This document shows, piece by piece, positions 37,385-49,391 of a DNA stretch of 64,000 bases (the stretch's first letter is position 1; each line of letters begins with the position of its first letter). A program made the position numbers and the translations under genes. The stretch spans positions 26,400,798-26,464,797 of the forward strand of contig OZ316893.1 of assembly GCA_973895155.1 (NCBI GenBank), given 5' to 3'. The notes under the pieces were generated by a model. That model made no database searches, was not told where the DNA came from, and worked only from the letters and a program-made list of their open reading frames with translations. Source of the DNA: Marsupella aquatica. Taxonomy: Eukaryota > Plantae > Marchantiophyta.

Positions 37385-40300
37385 CTCCACCGCCTATGTG
37401 GACACTAATTCTTATTTCCTCCACCCTGTCTCGTGAAACTCAAGTCTCACTGCTACATCCATGAACTGGTTTGGTCCTCGTCTGACACATCGCAGAAAAC
37501 TCCCCGCATCGAACTGACAAACAGTAACCTAAAAGCCCGCGTCGATTGACTTCCCGTCCGTCTCAATACAGTCGTGAGTTGATCAAGCTGCCAGAACCCA
37601 ATGCCCGACCTTTCACAGGGCGTAGCTTGTCAGATGCGGGCAGATCCAGCAGACAGATGACAAAGTAAATTGCTAGTCCACAAAGTGTCCGATCAAGCTG
37701 TGCCACGAGAGCGACAATCGAACAACCAGCTGCCAGTCGAAGGCACCACCGACACACGAAAACAGCCTTTCCTGCTGATCGATCTCCGACATCGTCGATC
37801 CGAAGATCACAACCAAATCGTAATGTTGCGAGGCACCGACTCCTCGCAGTTGTGCAAACTGTCTGTAGACTTCCTGCATCCGCCGAGACAATGTAGTGCA
37901 ATCACTCGCTGTGCCAGTTGCAACATTTCGCAGCTGCGCTGGCTATTGTCCTCGGCCATTGTCTACACGCAGCTGAAAACGCTACTAACCCCGCGTACGC
38001 ATCCGTTGTCCGACCCTAAGCTGCTGACTTTCTCGTTCCATCAACCGCAGCTTTTAGCCTGCGCCACTACAGTCGACTCAGGCTCTAATCACAAACATCG
38101 GTCCCGCAATTCCCTCGCTCCACCGTTCTAAAGCTCCTCCTACACAACGACCATGCTCCACATTTCTCTGCAACCGTGCAGACGCGTATTCTCGTCCTTC
38201 CATCGATAACTCCTCCTCCGAAATTCCAAATCGCGCCGCTCGACGCAGATCATCTGAAGCTACAATAAATCCACAATCGCCGATCGCAACTTTCGCACAC
38301 TTCCTGTTGATCCTCATCAATCTCCACCCCGAGCTCTCTCACTTCATCGCGCAAAAATATCGACCTTTCATCCCTTCCTGCCCTGCCCTGCCCTGCTCTG
38401 CTCTGCTCTGCGGAGACATGTTCTGCTCCCCTCTGCTCCTCTGCTGCAGCACTGATCTCATGTCTCGAAACGACAGTCGTGTAGTGTAGTTCCATCCTAC
38501 GAAACACCGTCCCCACTCTTAGCGCGATAAACGAGTACCATCCATGCACGACATCCATCCCTTTTCCCATCCGTCTCCATCGGTTTCCATCCATCCCGCA
38601 GCCCATCATGTACCACATCGTCAGCAAACGGCCCCTGCCCCCAGCGCAGCACTCATGGCCTCATGCGATGTGAGTATGTGACTGCGAGAGCCAGCCTGCC
38701 AGTACCGGCTGCTCCCGGTCATTGCACCGCTGTCAGTGCCTCGTGTCCAGCTGTGGGGCGCGGGTTGACAATCCACTATCCACTCCAGCAGTCAACTCGG
38801 CCCCTCGCCTTCCCATGACCGTGAGATCCTCCTCATCCAACGGTTTTATTTTGTGTAATCGTCCCTCCCTTTTCCACCACTACACGTCATCCCTTCCCAC
38901 GTTTTCTATTGGGTGCCTCTCACCCCTGGTTGCTCCTAACCTGTGGTCCCAAGTGGTCCCGGTCCCTCGTCGCCAAACCCGGGGCTTGCCATGTGAACCC
39001 CGACCGCCACCGGATGTATGCCATACATGCACCTCCCCTGCCGGTGAATGGCGATCCCGACTCGGCCCGGCGAAGACGTGGACTCGCCTCGCCAACTGAC
39101 AAGAACACGTGAATCCTCCGCCTCGGAACCCGACTGACTGCCGACTGATCGAGTCTCGCGCCAGTCAGGTTTGGATACCGAACAGCCAAACTCCACGAGC
39201 TGCGGAAGGCCAAAACCCCATTTTGAGATTTTGCTGGCCCCCACACGAGCCACCAGTCGAAGCCAGGACCCTAGGACCAAGCGTAAATGCATTTTTTGAA
39301 CAAAGGCGTGAACTGGCGTAAATGCATTTTTGATCTAAGGGTTTAGAGATACTCTACGTACTACGTACATGTTACAGTGCTTGATCCGCAATACCGTAAG
39401 TAAGCATGCGAAGTTTAGTGCAAACTTCAGGACAAAACCAGGTTTTGACTTTCTTTTTGGTTTGAAAGATAATTTATGACAACCAATAAACCTTCGTTTT
39501 GACTTTACTTTTATTTGAATCTTTCCTACAGAGTAAACAAACGTTAAATAAATGTAAAATTGAATAGCTTTCCAAAGTTCACATCACATTTATCCTTCTG
39601 CATGTGAGGTCATGATGTGATCCTTCTGTCAAGTGAATTTGATGCCATTTGAAATTATGTAAAAAACAGTGAACATTATATCTTTACATAGCATTTACAA
39701 ACTATAATGTAAAATCCTGCCGCTTCTCTATCATCTGCTGAAGAATTGCATTTAGTACGGGAAGCAATCCTGGCCATTCAGTGACAAGTTTTCCCTCTCC
39801 ATTGGGTCTGCCCCTTAAACCCTTCTTAAAGTTTTCGCTCCTCTCCCATGGAATTAGGAGGGGTTTAGGGGCAATCAAAATTATATGTCCCCTAAATCTT
39901 ATATAATTTACTTCACTTTGGCATTATTGGGACCTGTTAGCTTAATCTAACTGATGTGATTGACATTTTATCAGGCTTTCAAGTACTGTAAGCTCAATGA
40001 AAGTGTTGTGAGGAACTTACTCTCTAAAGTTGTGAGTCACGAGCCTGCATGCCCATTTTTTGAATGTTAATAGGAATGATGACAAAAATTATCATGCATG
40101 ATCAGTTTGACAGACATACATCCCATTGTTCTTTTTATTTTTTGCAAAATTTCGTGATTCCTAGAGTCACAATCTAGAGACTTCACAAAGCCTAGAACTC
40201 TAGCTTCTCTTAAAGATTTATAGTAAGATGAGCTAGTATCTAAATAAATCATTTTGCCCCAAATCCTAAATCTATAAAGCATTTAGGCCAAGGTAAGTGT

Positions 40301-43300
40301 GATCACAACCACCTTCGTTCGTTTAGGAATGGTACACGATGGACTACAACAATGCCCAATGCCAAACAGGGACGAGAGTGAAGGGTTTGTTATAACAAGG
40401 CAGGAAGTGCGAGTGAAAATCTCCTTCTAACTGACCGTGGTACGAACTCTGCAGAGATCGCAGTCGCCATCCGTAATGTACTCGACCAGTGAACAGGTGA
40501 ACTACCAGTACCATCCATGGTTTGATGACAATCCCTTTGCAATGGTAAAGCCCATATTGTAAATTCTCTGGTATGTGCCTTATCCATTGATTTTCCTTTG
40601 ATCCTATTCAAGCATTATCGTGGATACGGGTAAAATGCACTCCCATAGTCCCGTCCATGCCGACTAGGCTTTATTTTCGATACGGAATATTATTGGCTGG
40701 ATCGTATTCCCATCATATTTGTCAAGCTCATTCGTATCGAACTGTACCCAATCTCCCGTGAGTAACAATTGGGTTAGAGTACAGGGAAAGACCTCAGTAA
40801 AGACCTCCGACAGCCGCAACTGTAGAGCATAGGGATTAGAGACGCCATTAAGCCAAGAAATTACGGGTTAAAATACCTCGAAACTGTACTTAATTAATGC
40901 TAATAGTGACCATCAATGCATGGTAAGAAAGCGAAAGAGATGCACGGAAGCAAATGATAACAACCACAGAGATCACTAAAAACAAACACTTATTTTAAAG
41001 CAAGAGTCCTCGAAGGTCATAAAAGCACAACACGGTCGTACCGTATAATGCTTGCAGAAGTACTACACTGGGAACCGAAAACCTGAAGGCAGTGGGGGCT
41101 CAGTAGCTCAGTGGCTCACAATCTCTGAATCTCTGAATCTCACATCGAATTGCCGGGAAAGGTCGCTTATTCGGCAGCCGCTAAACTGCAAGCATCTTTC
41201 CCGGCCCGGCAGATTGTCATCACCGTACGGGGGCACCATTCGCAGGGTCAGAGATCTAATGATGGCAGGTCTGACTGCAGGACAGACTGAGTTTAATGTC
41301 AGGCAAGGGACTGTAAGGGACACAGGACAGCAGCATCCACCGTTCCACCCCATTGGAAACTATTAGTCTTTTGTCCTCTGTATCTCCTCGCATTTTACCG
41401 TCGTTGCTTACAAGGGTTGTCGAGCCAGCCCACACTACATTAGGCAGATTCTGTACATTTGGGCTAGAGGTAACAAATCGGTCGATGATAATTTTGAAGC
41501 ATGTTCAGTCCTAATGTGAAAATTCTCACCTGTATAAATACATTTTGTACTATAAGGCATTTAAGAACAAATTAGCTGACGGCAAGCCAGTCGTAGACTC
41601 GTAGACTCCAAAGAAAATAGTTAAGATTTCTCCACTGAATTTCATTTGTCTCCCATTCGACAAGCAGACATTTTTTAATTTTTTAAAGTAACAAACATTC
41701 ATATTTCTTGATGGACCTGGCCAACTTTACAACATGAGTAGAACAAAACCTTGAGTACAAGAAAAAGGAGTCAGACTGGCTGCCCAACATATATATCACA
41801 GTGCCAAAAGGTAAAAACATACCTGGAGACAGTCAACAGAACCAACAGTCAAGAACATATTAAAATTCATCTTGCTTTTGAACCGATAACGTTTCTAAAT
41901 GCGAAAGGAATTGAGTGAGAACTGATTGTTTAAAAGCTCATCCTATGCCCTTCTCAACAAGTTAAAGTGACTCTTGATACATTGAGAAGTTGTGCCGACA
42001 TCCAGCTCGTAACATCATCATCCATCATCACTGATTTTGGTTTCTACTTATTTTTAAATTCTTAATTCAAAACATCAACGGTTAGGTAGCAGTGCATACT
42101 CTGCTATGAAACTCAAATGTCGAGGTCCATCTTGGCATCTCCCATATTTCATTCCATATTATTTCCCCTATTTTACGGAAAACTACCCCACAGCAAACTG
42201 AGCAGAAGGTTTTTTTTTAGTGCAACATATTTTGAGAACCAATCAGGCAGAGGGGCAGAATAACTTGAATAAACCAAAAGAAAGGAAGAACTAAGATAAA
42301 CACCAGATGGTTTAGCAAAGCAAAGCAAAACAAACAAACAAAAACCTTTCACATATCCCACTTGCCTCATAATTTCTACACATCCTTAATGGGGCCATCG
42401 AACATTGCATATTCCTTCAGCATTGTGGGAGGGCCAGCAGAAAGTGATGCAAACTTCTCATGGGCGAGATATAGTGACAATCTTGTAGACGAAGAGTTGG
42501 GTATTGGTTTAGAGAAGAACGTGGTTGGATCTAAGCCTGCAGCTTAAGAAAATTATTGAGCTGTCATGAACTTTGCAGGTGAGTGGTGCACTTTCAAAGC
42601 ATGACATGAAGTCTTGACAACTTTATCCACAGGTTACTCAAAGTTCTCAAGTGCCTTGCCACAAAAAACTTACCTTTGAATTTGGCAGGTGTGTCCACTT
42701 ATTTAGAGGAGTTCTGGATCTCCTTTTAAGCTCAAATATTTCCAGCATGGTCTTTCATGTCCAATCTACTACTTGACAAAGTTTGAGACTGTTCTTGGAA
42801 ATTTTTTCTCCATTTCAGGTGAGCACGAAGAGACTATTTAGTCCTTCCACAACTGCTGGACTAGTGGCAGTTACAAGCAGCCAGCTCAGTGAGCTCACAT
42901 ACTGTGTCCATGCCCAAGACACGGGTTAAGAGCTATGAAGTCCCCGTAGTAGGGTGGCTCCTTTGTAGAGATATCATTCATTTCTTTACTTTATTTGTTA
43001 ACAAGCAACTACTGTACTTCGGACTATCTTTACTGATAACCTTTTAAACCACCCCACTTCAGTCATGTGTTTCTTCTTTCGTGTGTTCTAAAAACTGAAT
43101 ATCATGTCTTTGAGACTACTTTTACATGTTTTCAATTTTATTTAAGACTTTTTCTTGGTGGAGCCAGTGGGGGTGTGGTGGTTTGTATGGGTGGTAGCCG
43201 AGCCCCATGTTCTCACTTTTCTGGACCGTCTTTTGTGTTGTCAATATATGATTCATATGCAATGGTTCAATATTCCTTCCAAATGGATCATTTGCCTAGG

Positions 43301-45814
43301 GCCCTGCACACACTGCACTGTTGACCTTTTACTTTGCGTTACCCTTTCTGATAAAACATGCACATTAAGCACTGCGTCCCTAATTAACTTGCATCAATCT
43401 CGATGCGCCTGTAGCACAGGATCTCTAAAAGGAACGAGTCTTCAAAATCCATGTTTGTTGGGCGGTTGGGCATGATTGTGGGTGAGTCATGTGATTGCTG
43501 TGTCCTGGCATTTCATTCTTGCTTTCAATTCGCAAGGTAATGCTACCATGGTAGTTAGTACTTTCCGTTCTTTGTGAAAGATATTATGAAACTTGTCATC
43601 AAACTCTTTGTCCCCCAGATCTCTTATGGACTAGTAATGGCATCCATCTGCAAGTGCAGAATCTTTAACATGAGGAGCAAACCTAATTAATTCACACATG
43701 ACATTAATGAAGGTTGGGATTTCTCATTTGTGAATTCAACACATTTTCTTGTTTCGTTTAATACATTCACGTACACTATACCCAAAGTGGTGCAGCATTA
43801 GAAGACTATGACGCCCATGGTACCCCTAATTTATCGCCATAAGGGACAAGGAATTATTTTTATTGTGTGGCCTCGAAATGGATATAGTATGACAAAATTT
43901 ACATTTATAGAGAAATTTTAGTTTTCTACTCACGGCACCGACATTCCAAATTGTAGTTTCTCAGTTTATTAGTATCCCTCGAACTATTCAATATTATCAA
44001 CCAGCTCCTCAAATAAAATTATATATTAACCCTATCTCTACTTTGTATTTGGGTTAGTATTAATTTGTCTATTTATTTTTGTTATTCTATGGTGAATTAT
44101 TACTGGCTAGCCTTAACCCGTTGCAAATTCACTTGGCCCCCTTTCCCTTCCCCGATGCATGTTAATTCCTGAGTAAAAAAGAGGGCCAAAAGTATTGGGT
44201 TTTCGTGAAGGGAGTGTGGAGGAAAAAACAAAGTGTTTTCGCCCCTCCCAGGCCTGTGACTGTGTCCCTGCAGCGGGGAAGGGGAAGGAGGGTGGAGTTC
44301 ATTAAAAATTCTTGTATCCAGATCCCAGGGCTTTATCAGGATATAAAAGTATTTTTGTTTGTTTTCTTAGAGTGGCTTCATACTTCTAGGCATAATTATT
44401 GCCTCTCTTTGGTGAAGGCCTCGCTAGAGGTTCCTATCTCTCTACCATGGTTGCCAATTTATTCAATTTCCTATCTTGATGGGTACAGTGAGAAGTGGGC
44501 TGACATTTTCCCCAACTTATTGTCCTCCTTAGGTTCAACTATTGCCAGAAGTTTAGGCACTCTGTAGGGAAGAACCTCAACTATGGGACAATAAACATTA
44601 CAACTCCTCAATAGCACACTGGCTAGTTTGGTGGTTGCTTTCGCATTACCAAATTGGGTTTAAATTTGAGTGGACTGTAGCACTAGGTGGCATTTTGAAT
44701 GCACTTCCAACTACATAAGGGAAACTTTCAGCTGTATCTCTATCACACTTCACACTGGAGTCTAGAGATGGAGAAGCTGCAGTTTAGGGATGGGGTTTTG
44801 CAGTGTTGCTGCCTATGAACAGGAATGGTAACTAGGGTTTTCGAGTATTATCATTAAACCCTTGGTGACAATTGCACATGCACAATATATTGTGTGATTT
44901 GGCGTAGTGGAGTAAAGTCTCTCTTGCTTGGGATTTCCGGCCATTTGATGGAGCACAAATCTGATGACTGGGCCAGACTTCAAGATCCTACGTTCGCTAC
45001 TTTCCAAGTGTATTGAATGGAGCATTTTAGTTAGAAGAGAAATAAAATCCAATGGAAAGGGAAGAGCAAGATTCACAAGCTGTGAAAACCAGTGCTGTTT
45101 AATTGGCAATTTCTGGCAATTGTTTACCCAAGGTTGCAGTGGCAACCTATACAAAGGAACAATACATTTTGGGGTACCAAATTCACTAACCTTCTTACTC
45201 CTTTGAAACTCTGATTGCCAGATCCAATTGTACTCCTTAAATCTGGGAAGGTCTAACTGTGCACATTAGATGCTTGAAACACCTCTCTCCCTAGCATATC
45301 TCCCACTGTTTTAAGTGACTCACCACCCTACCCAACTTGGTCCCACACTCTAAAGATGCATTTTAATGTGTGAGTTAACCAGCTGGCTATCTAGCTGGCT
45401 ATGGTCTGTTGGCCAGGGGATGAGCTAGGAGCCAACAGGTCCCAGGTTGTACCCTGCTCTCATTTTTCCTTTTCAGTTTCTATGGATGGATGAGCCATAA
45501 CCCCCCTGCCAACCTGGTTTGAGGGTTAGGAGATTTAGGCCCCCCTGATTAGCCTGCTTGGAGGGTGCTTGGAAGGTTATCCAGTTTCAGGCACAATTTT
45601 TAGGTGAAATTAGAGCAAAACTACTCTCAGGACTTACACTAGTTAATCCATGGCCACTCAGGGGTCATGGCTGTGATAACCCTTTGGACTCACAGCCACT
45701 CGTCAGGGATACATTCAGTAACTCCCTTGGGGTCATGGGTTACCCTACATGTAGCCTCTCCTCTCATTTTTCATTGTAGTGTCAAGGGAGTCCAGCTGTA
45801 ACATGCAATCCTAG

Positions 45815-47150
45815 CCTAATTTGATTACCTCTGTTTTATAAAACTTTTAATGGTCTATTAAGTTTATTAAAGGTATATGTTATAGTATATTCTTAATGTA
45901 TGAGGGTATATTACCTTCTTTTACCTCTTATATTTTTAATTTTGTTTTGCAAATATTACTCAACTACACTTATTTTACTCAAACATAATTCCTACGGATT
46001 TCCAAAAGTTAACCCCCACAAGCTGACAAGGGGGTTCCAAGTCTGATGATCCCCAGCCCGTCTCATTGAGTCTCAATATTTGGGAATCTTGAGTGGGAAA
46101 AGAGTGTGAGGGTTGTGCTTGCTAACCCATGGCCTACTTGGAGTCCATGGCTGGAAGCCACTCTGGCTCAATGCATTTGGGGATTACGTCCCTTAACCCG
46201 ATCCAGGCCATGGGTTACCGTGCACAATACCCCATCCAAGCACAAGGATGTGATGGTATGTGTGAGTGAGTAAGTGGATGGGAGGTGTAGTGAGGGGAGT
46301 ATTGATTATCTCCACAATCTCTGGCTGGTTACTTGGTGACCCCAGTTGAATCATCTCAGCTTCCGTTCTTGTTGGTCCTTTAGCTCAACCCCTAGGGTAA
46401 CTTCCTTGCCCTGCAGTAGTACATACTCCAATGATGATCATGTACAATAGATAGATGTTATCATGATTCCCCGGGAAAAGAGTTTCCACCAAAGATGCTG
46501 ATGTAAAGAAGGTGAGTCACCATGTAACATATGAAACATGGTCATCTTAAATAGACCTAGTGAAATGGCATCTCAACAAAATCATGGGGAAACTTACTCC
46601 TGAAGTAGGAAATCAGCCATCTTGCCCATCCCTCCCTCCTGTCCTAAGATTCAATTCTTTTTTAAAGTTATCACAAGCTTTGAAGCCTCAGCAGATGCTA
46701 CCCTGTCCTTGCTCTCAAAATTACCTCTCTCATCCCAACAGGAGCTCAAAATGGCTGTATTCCTGCCTTTTGCTTGTTGCGAGAATCTGAAGATGTATTA
46801 GTTCTTGTTGTATCTATGTCTGCCCTTTGTTGACAACCACTTGTGAACTTCAACACAAGCTTCACATGTGATGCCTGAAACACTGTAGCGCAAAGCGCAA
46901 TGTCTTCCCCTGGGGGGGTTGCCTATCAAAAATCTTAGAAATCATGTGCAATCCAAAATAAGTACTTTTGATAGAAATTAACTAATTTTTTTTAAAATGT
47001 AAGAGGCAAAAGAAGGTATTGTAAGCTCATGTTTATAGAATATTCTTTAATATATACCTTTTATAAAGTAAAATAAGTTATTAATATTGAAAATGTAGAA
47101 TAATTGTGGAATACTTTCTTTATAAAATAGGTCAATTTCTATTAGGATAG
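45815..47150. repeat. Diverged inverted repeat pair (~200-240 bp arms) within a nest of MITE-like sequence
   Basis: 45815-46020 (AAAGGTATATGTTATAGTATATTC...TACCTTCTTTTACCTCTTATATTTT...ACTTATTTT...AACCCCC) matches the reverse complement of ~46910-47150. Confidence 0.7.
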
Positions 47151-47926
47151 GACCCAAAATATACACTTAGTTAACCCCCGGGTCTTCCCGCTTGCCTGCA
47201 CTCTTTCACTGCTCACCCTCAGGGGTTAAGCCAGACCATAATCATGAGTTTCCCCTGAGACATGGGTTTTGGCATGTTGGGAGGGTGATTTGTGAGTTTC
47301 ACCTTGCCTTTTCTCCCAGAGCAAACCAAAAATATTAAAACTGAATGTGACCTTGATGTTAACTCATCTTGAAAGTTGACTAGCACCCTAAAGTAGCCTG
47401 GACATAATTGAATTACAAAAACTCTAAGAAACTACAATCAATTGTATGAAATAAGCCTGCAATCTAAAGCAAAGCCTCTACACATGACTCCTGGGTACAG
47501 TCACGATTAGGATGGACTTGTAAACTAGCACAATGATACTCTGAGCAAGCTCAGGCATTAGGAATAGAGTAATGTCTTGGTTGGAAGGCATTGTGAGATA
47601 TAATGCCCCCCCAAAACAAAGGGGGTAGCCCAAGTTTAGAGAGACTTTATTCCCACAATTCCTATGATTAGGAATTAACATAAGTTAAAACTTAACTATA
47701 TTTTTAGGAAAACAAACAAAACTAAACTTGAAATGGATAGAAAATGTTAAAGGGCCATGCAACAATTAGGAAATACATATCCATGCAATATATTCAATTT
47801 TGGATTTAAGATCTATTTCGTAGTACAATATTTTATTTTATTGTGTATGATAAATATTTTTCTCTCTTTCACATTTTCCAAAATTTATGTTACATCCCAT
47901 ACTCATAGGTATCATGAAAAATCAAT

Positions 47927-48037
47927 ATATATATCAAACTGCCAGAAAGGCAGGGGTGCTAAACCAGGAGACAGGATCCCACAGGCCAAAAACCCAATCA
48001 AGGGAAAACCAGAAAAAGGCCAGAAGGCCAAAAAGCC
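47927..48037 (-). mobile_element. Short retroposed fragment with 10-bp TSD
   Basis: AAAAATCAAT at 47917-47926 and 48038-48047. (AT)n at the minus-strand 3' end. A-rich body similar in style to the 11457 insert. Confidence 0.55.
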
Positions 48038-48535
48038 AAAAATCAATGCCTTGTAATAGTCGAAGAGAAAAACCACAAAATGCTTTTATGACTGTAGTCA
48101 CAAGAGCCTCCAAGCACAAAAAGCTACAAAGCCACTATGACTGTACAGAGTCAAGTACAAAAGTTTCTATGTATGTTGTGGTTGGCCATGTGACCGCACG
48201 GAATTATTGCAGGAAGACAAGTTATCAGTGTGTAACCCTTTCTACTACATGCTACCATTTCCATAACCTTGTGCCCAAAAAGTTTTACCCAATAATACTT
48301 TTTTGGACAGGTATTAAGTATGATTATGACTGTTTGGGTCGAGATTCTAGTCTAAAACCTGTTCCCACAAAGCTCAGAAAATCTTCTCGGCTGCCACCCT
48401 TCAGCATTTCCTCACTTTCTGGTTGAGCATGTCTTCATTTTCTGGTTTAGCATGTCCTCATTTTCTGGGCATTTCCTCAGTTCCTGGTTCCTCACTTTCT
48501 GGGCATTTCCTCACTTCCTGGTTCAGCGTTTGCTC

Positions 48536-48847
48536 CCCGGTTTGAACTGACAGACACATCATTTGTTGGCTCCAAAACGGGTCAAATGTTCCATATTTGC
48601 CTATATTCCCCAGCAGGTCCCAAATTTTCCTAACCCCTCCCAGCCCGGTCCCGGACTCCCCCAGATTAGCGAGCCGGCCCCCCGGTTTGGGGTCGGGGTG
48701 GGGCCGGGTTGCGGTGGGGTGTGGGCGGGCCGGGGCTGGGTTTGGGCGGGGTGTGGGCCGGTGGGGCCAGGGCAGGGACAACCGGGTCTGACACGTGTTG
48801 GATGTTGGAATCCAGACCCCTCATTTGTCAGACACGTCCAAACCGGG
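48536..48847. mobile_element. GC-rich MITE-like element with short terminal inverted repeats and a dense G-tract core
   Basis: CCCGGTTTG at 48536-48544 and CAAACCGGG at 48839-48847. Many GGG/GGGG runs at 48689-48777. Flanked on both sides by TTTCCTCACTT.CTGG-type tandem repeats. Confidence 0.45.
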
Positions 48848-49249
48848 ATTTCTTCACTTTCTGACCGGGATTTCTTCACTTCTGGTCACAGGCTAGTAAC
48901 CCAACCCTAGTAACCCAACCCAGACCAAACACTCATTACCCTTTACTTCAGAACTACTCGGTAAAATAATTATAGCGCCTAAGTTTTCCGATGCTGGAGA
49001 GACGTTTCGGGGAAGAAGGGCGGGGTTTGGGGTGGGTTGAAATTCAAAATTCGTCCTTCGCATCGACCGCGGACGACAGTGCAGTGTCGTGCTTTCACGT
49101 TCTGCTCCTTTTCTTCTGTACAGCTCCGACCGCTGAGGAGGTTTGTGATCTGCACACCTTCAGCTTGTGCCGGACAACAGTGTTGTGATCGCGATTTTCG
49201 TGCTGCGGTAATCCGCACAGCTTCGACCGCCGCGAGGTGAGTTCTGTGA

Positions 49250-49391
49250 GCTTCGATGCAATTCTAGACATCGTTGAACCGAGTTGGGAGTCGATTGCTT
49301 CGATACAATTCTAAACAACATTGAACCGAGTTGGGAGTCGATTGCTTCGATACAATTCTAACAACATTGAACCGAGTTGGGAGTCGATTGC
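49250..49391. repeat. 47-bp tandem repeat, about 3 copies
   Basis: GCTTCGAT.CAATTCTA...TTGAACCGAGTTGGGAGTCGATT starting at 49250, 49297 and 49344. Confidence 0.92.

Noticed and set aside
40300-41000. Possible decayed or alternative-code ORF
   Set aside because: Stops in the frames I translated and no recognisable motif. A run of TGA-only stops in one frame is compatible with chance.
41092-41170. tRNA or tRNA-derived SINE (GGGGGCTCAGTAGCTCAGTGG, A-box-like)
   Set aside because: No B-box (GTTCRA) at the right distance and no cloverleaf.
49250-49391. CRISPR-like appearance of the 47-bp repeat
   Set aside because: Units are near-identical along their full length with no unique spacers, there are no cas genes, and the context is eukaryotic.
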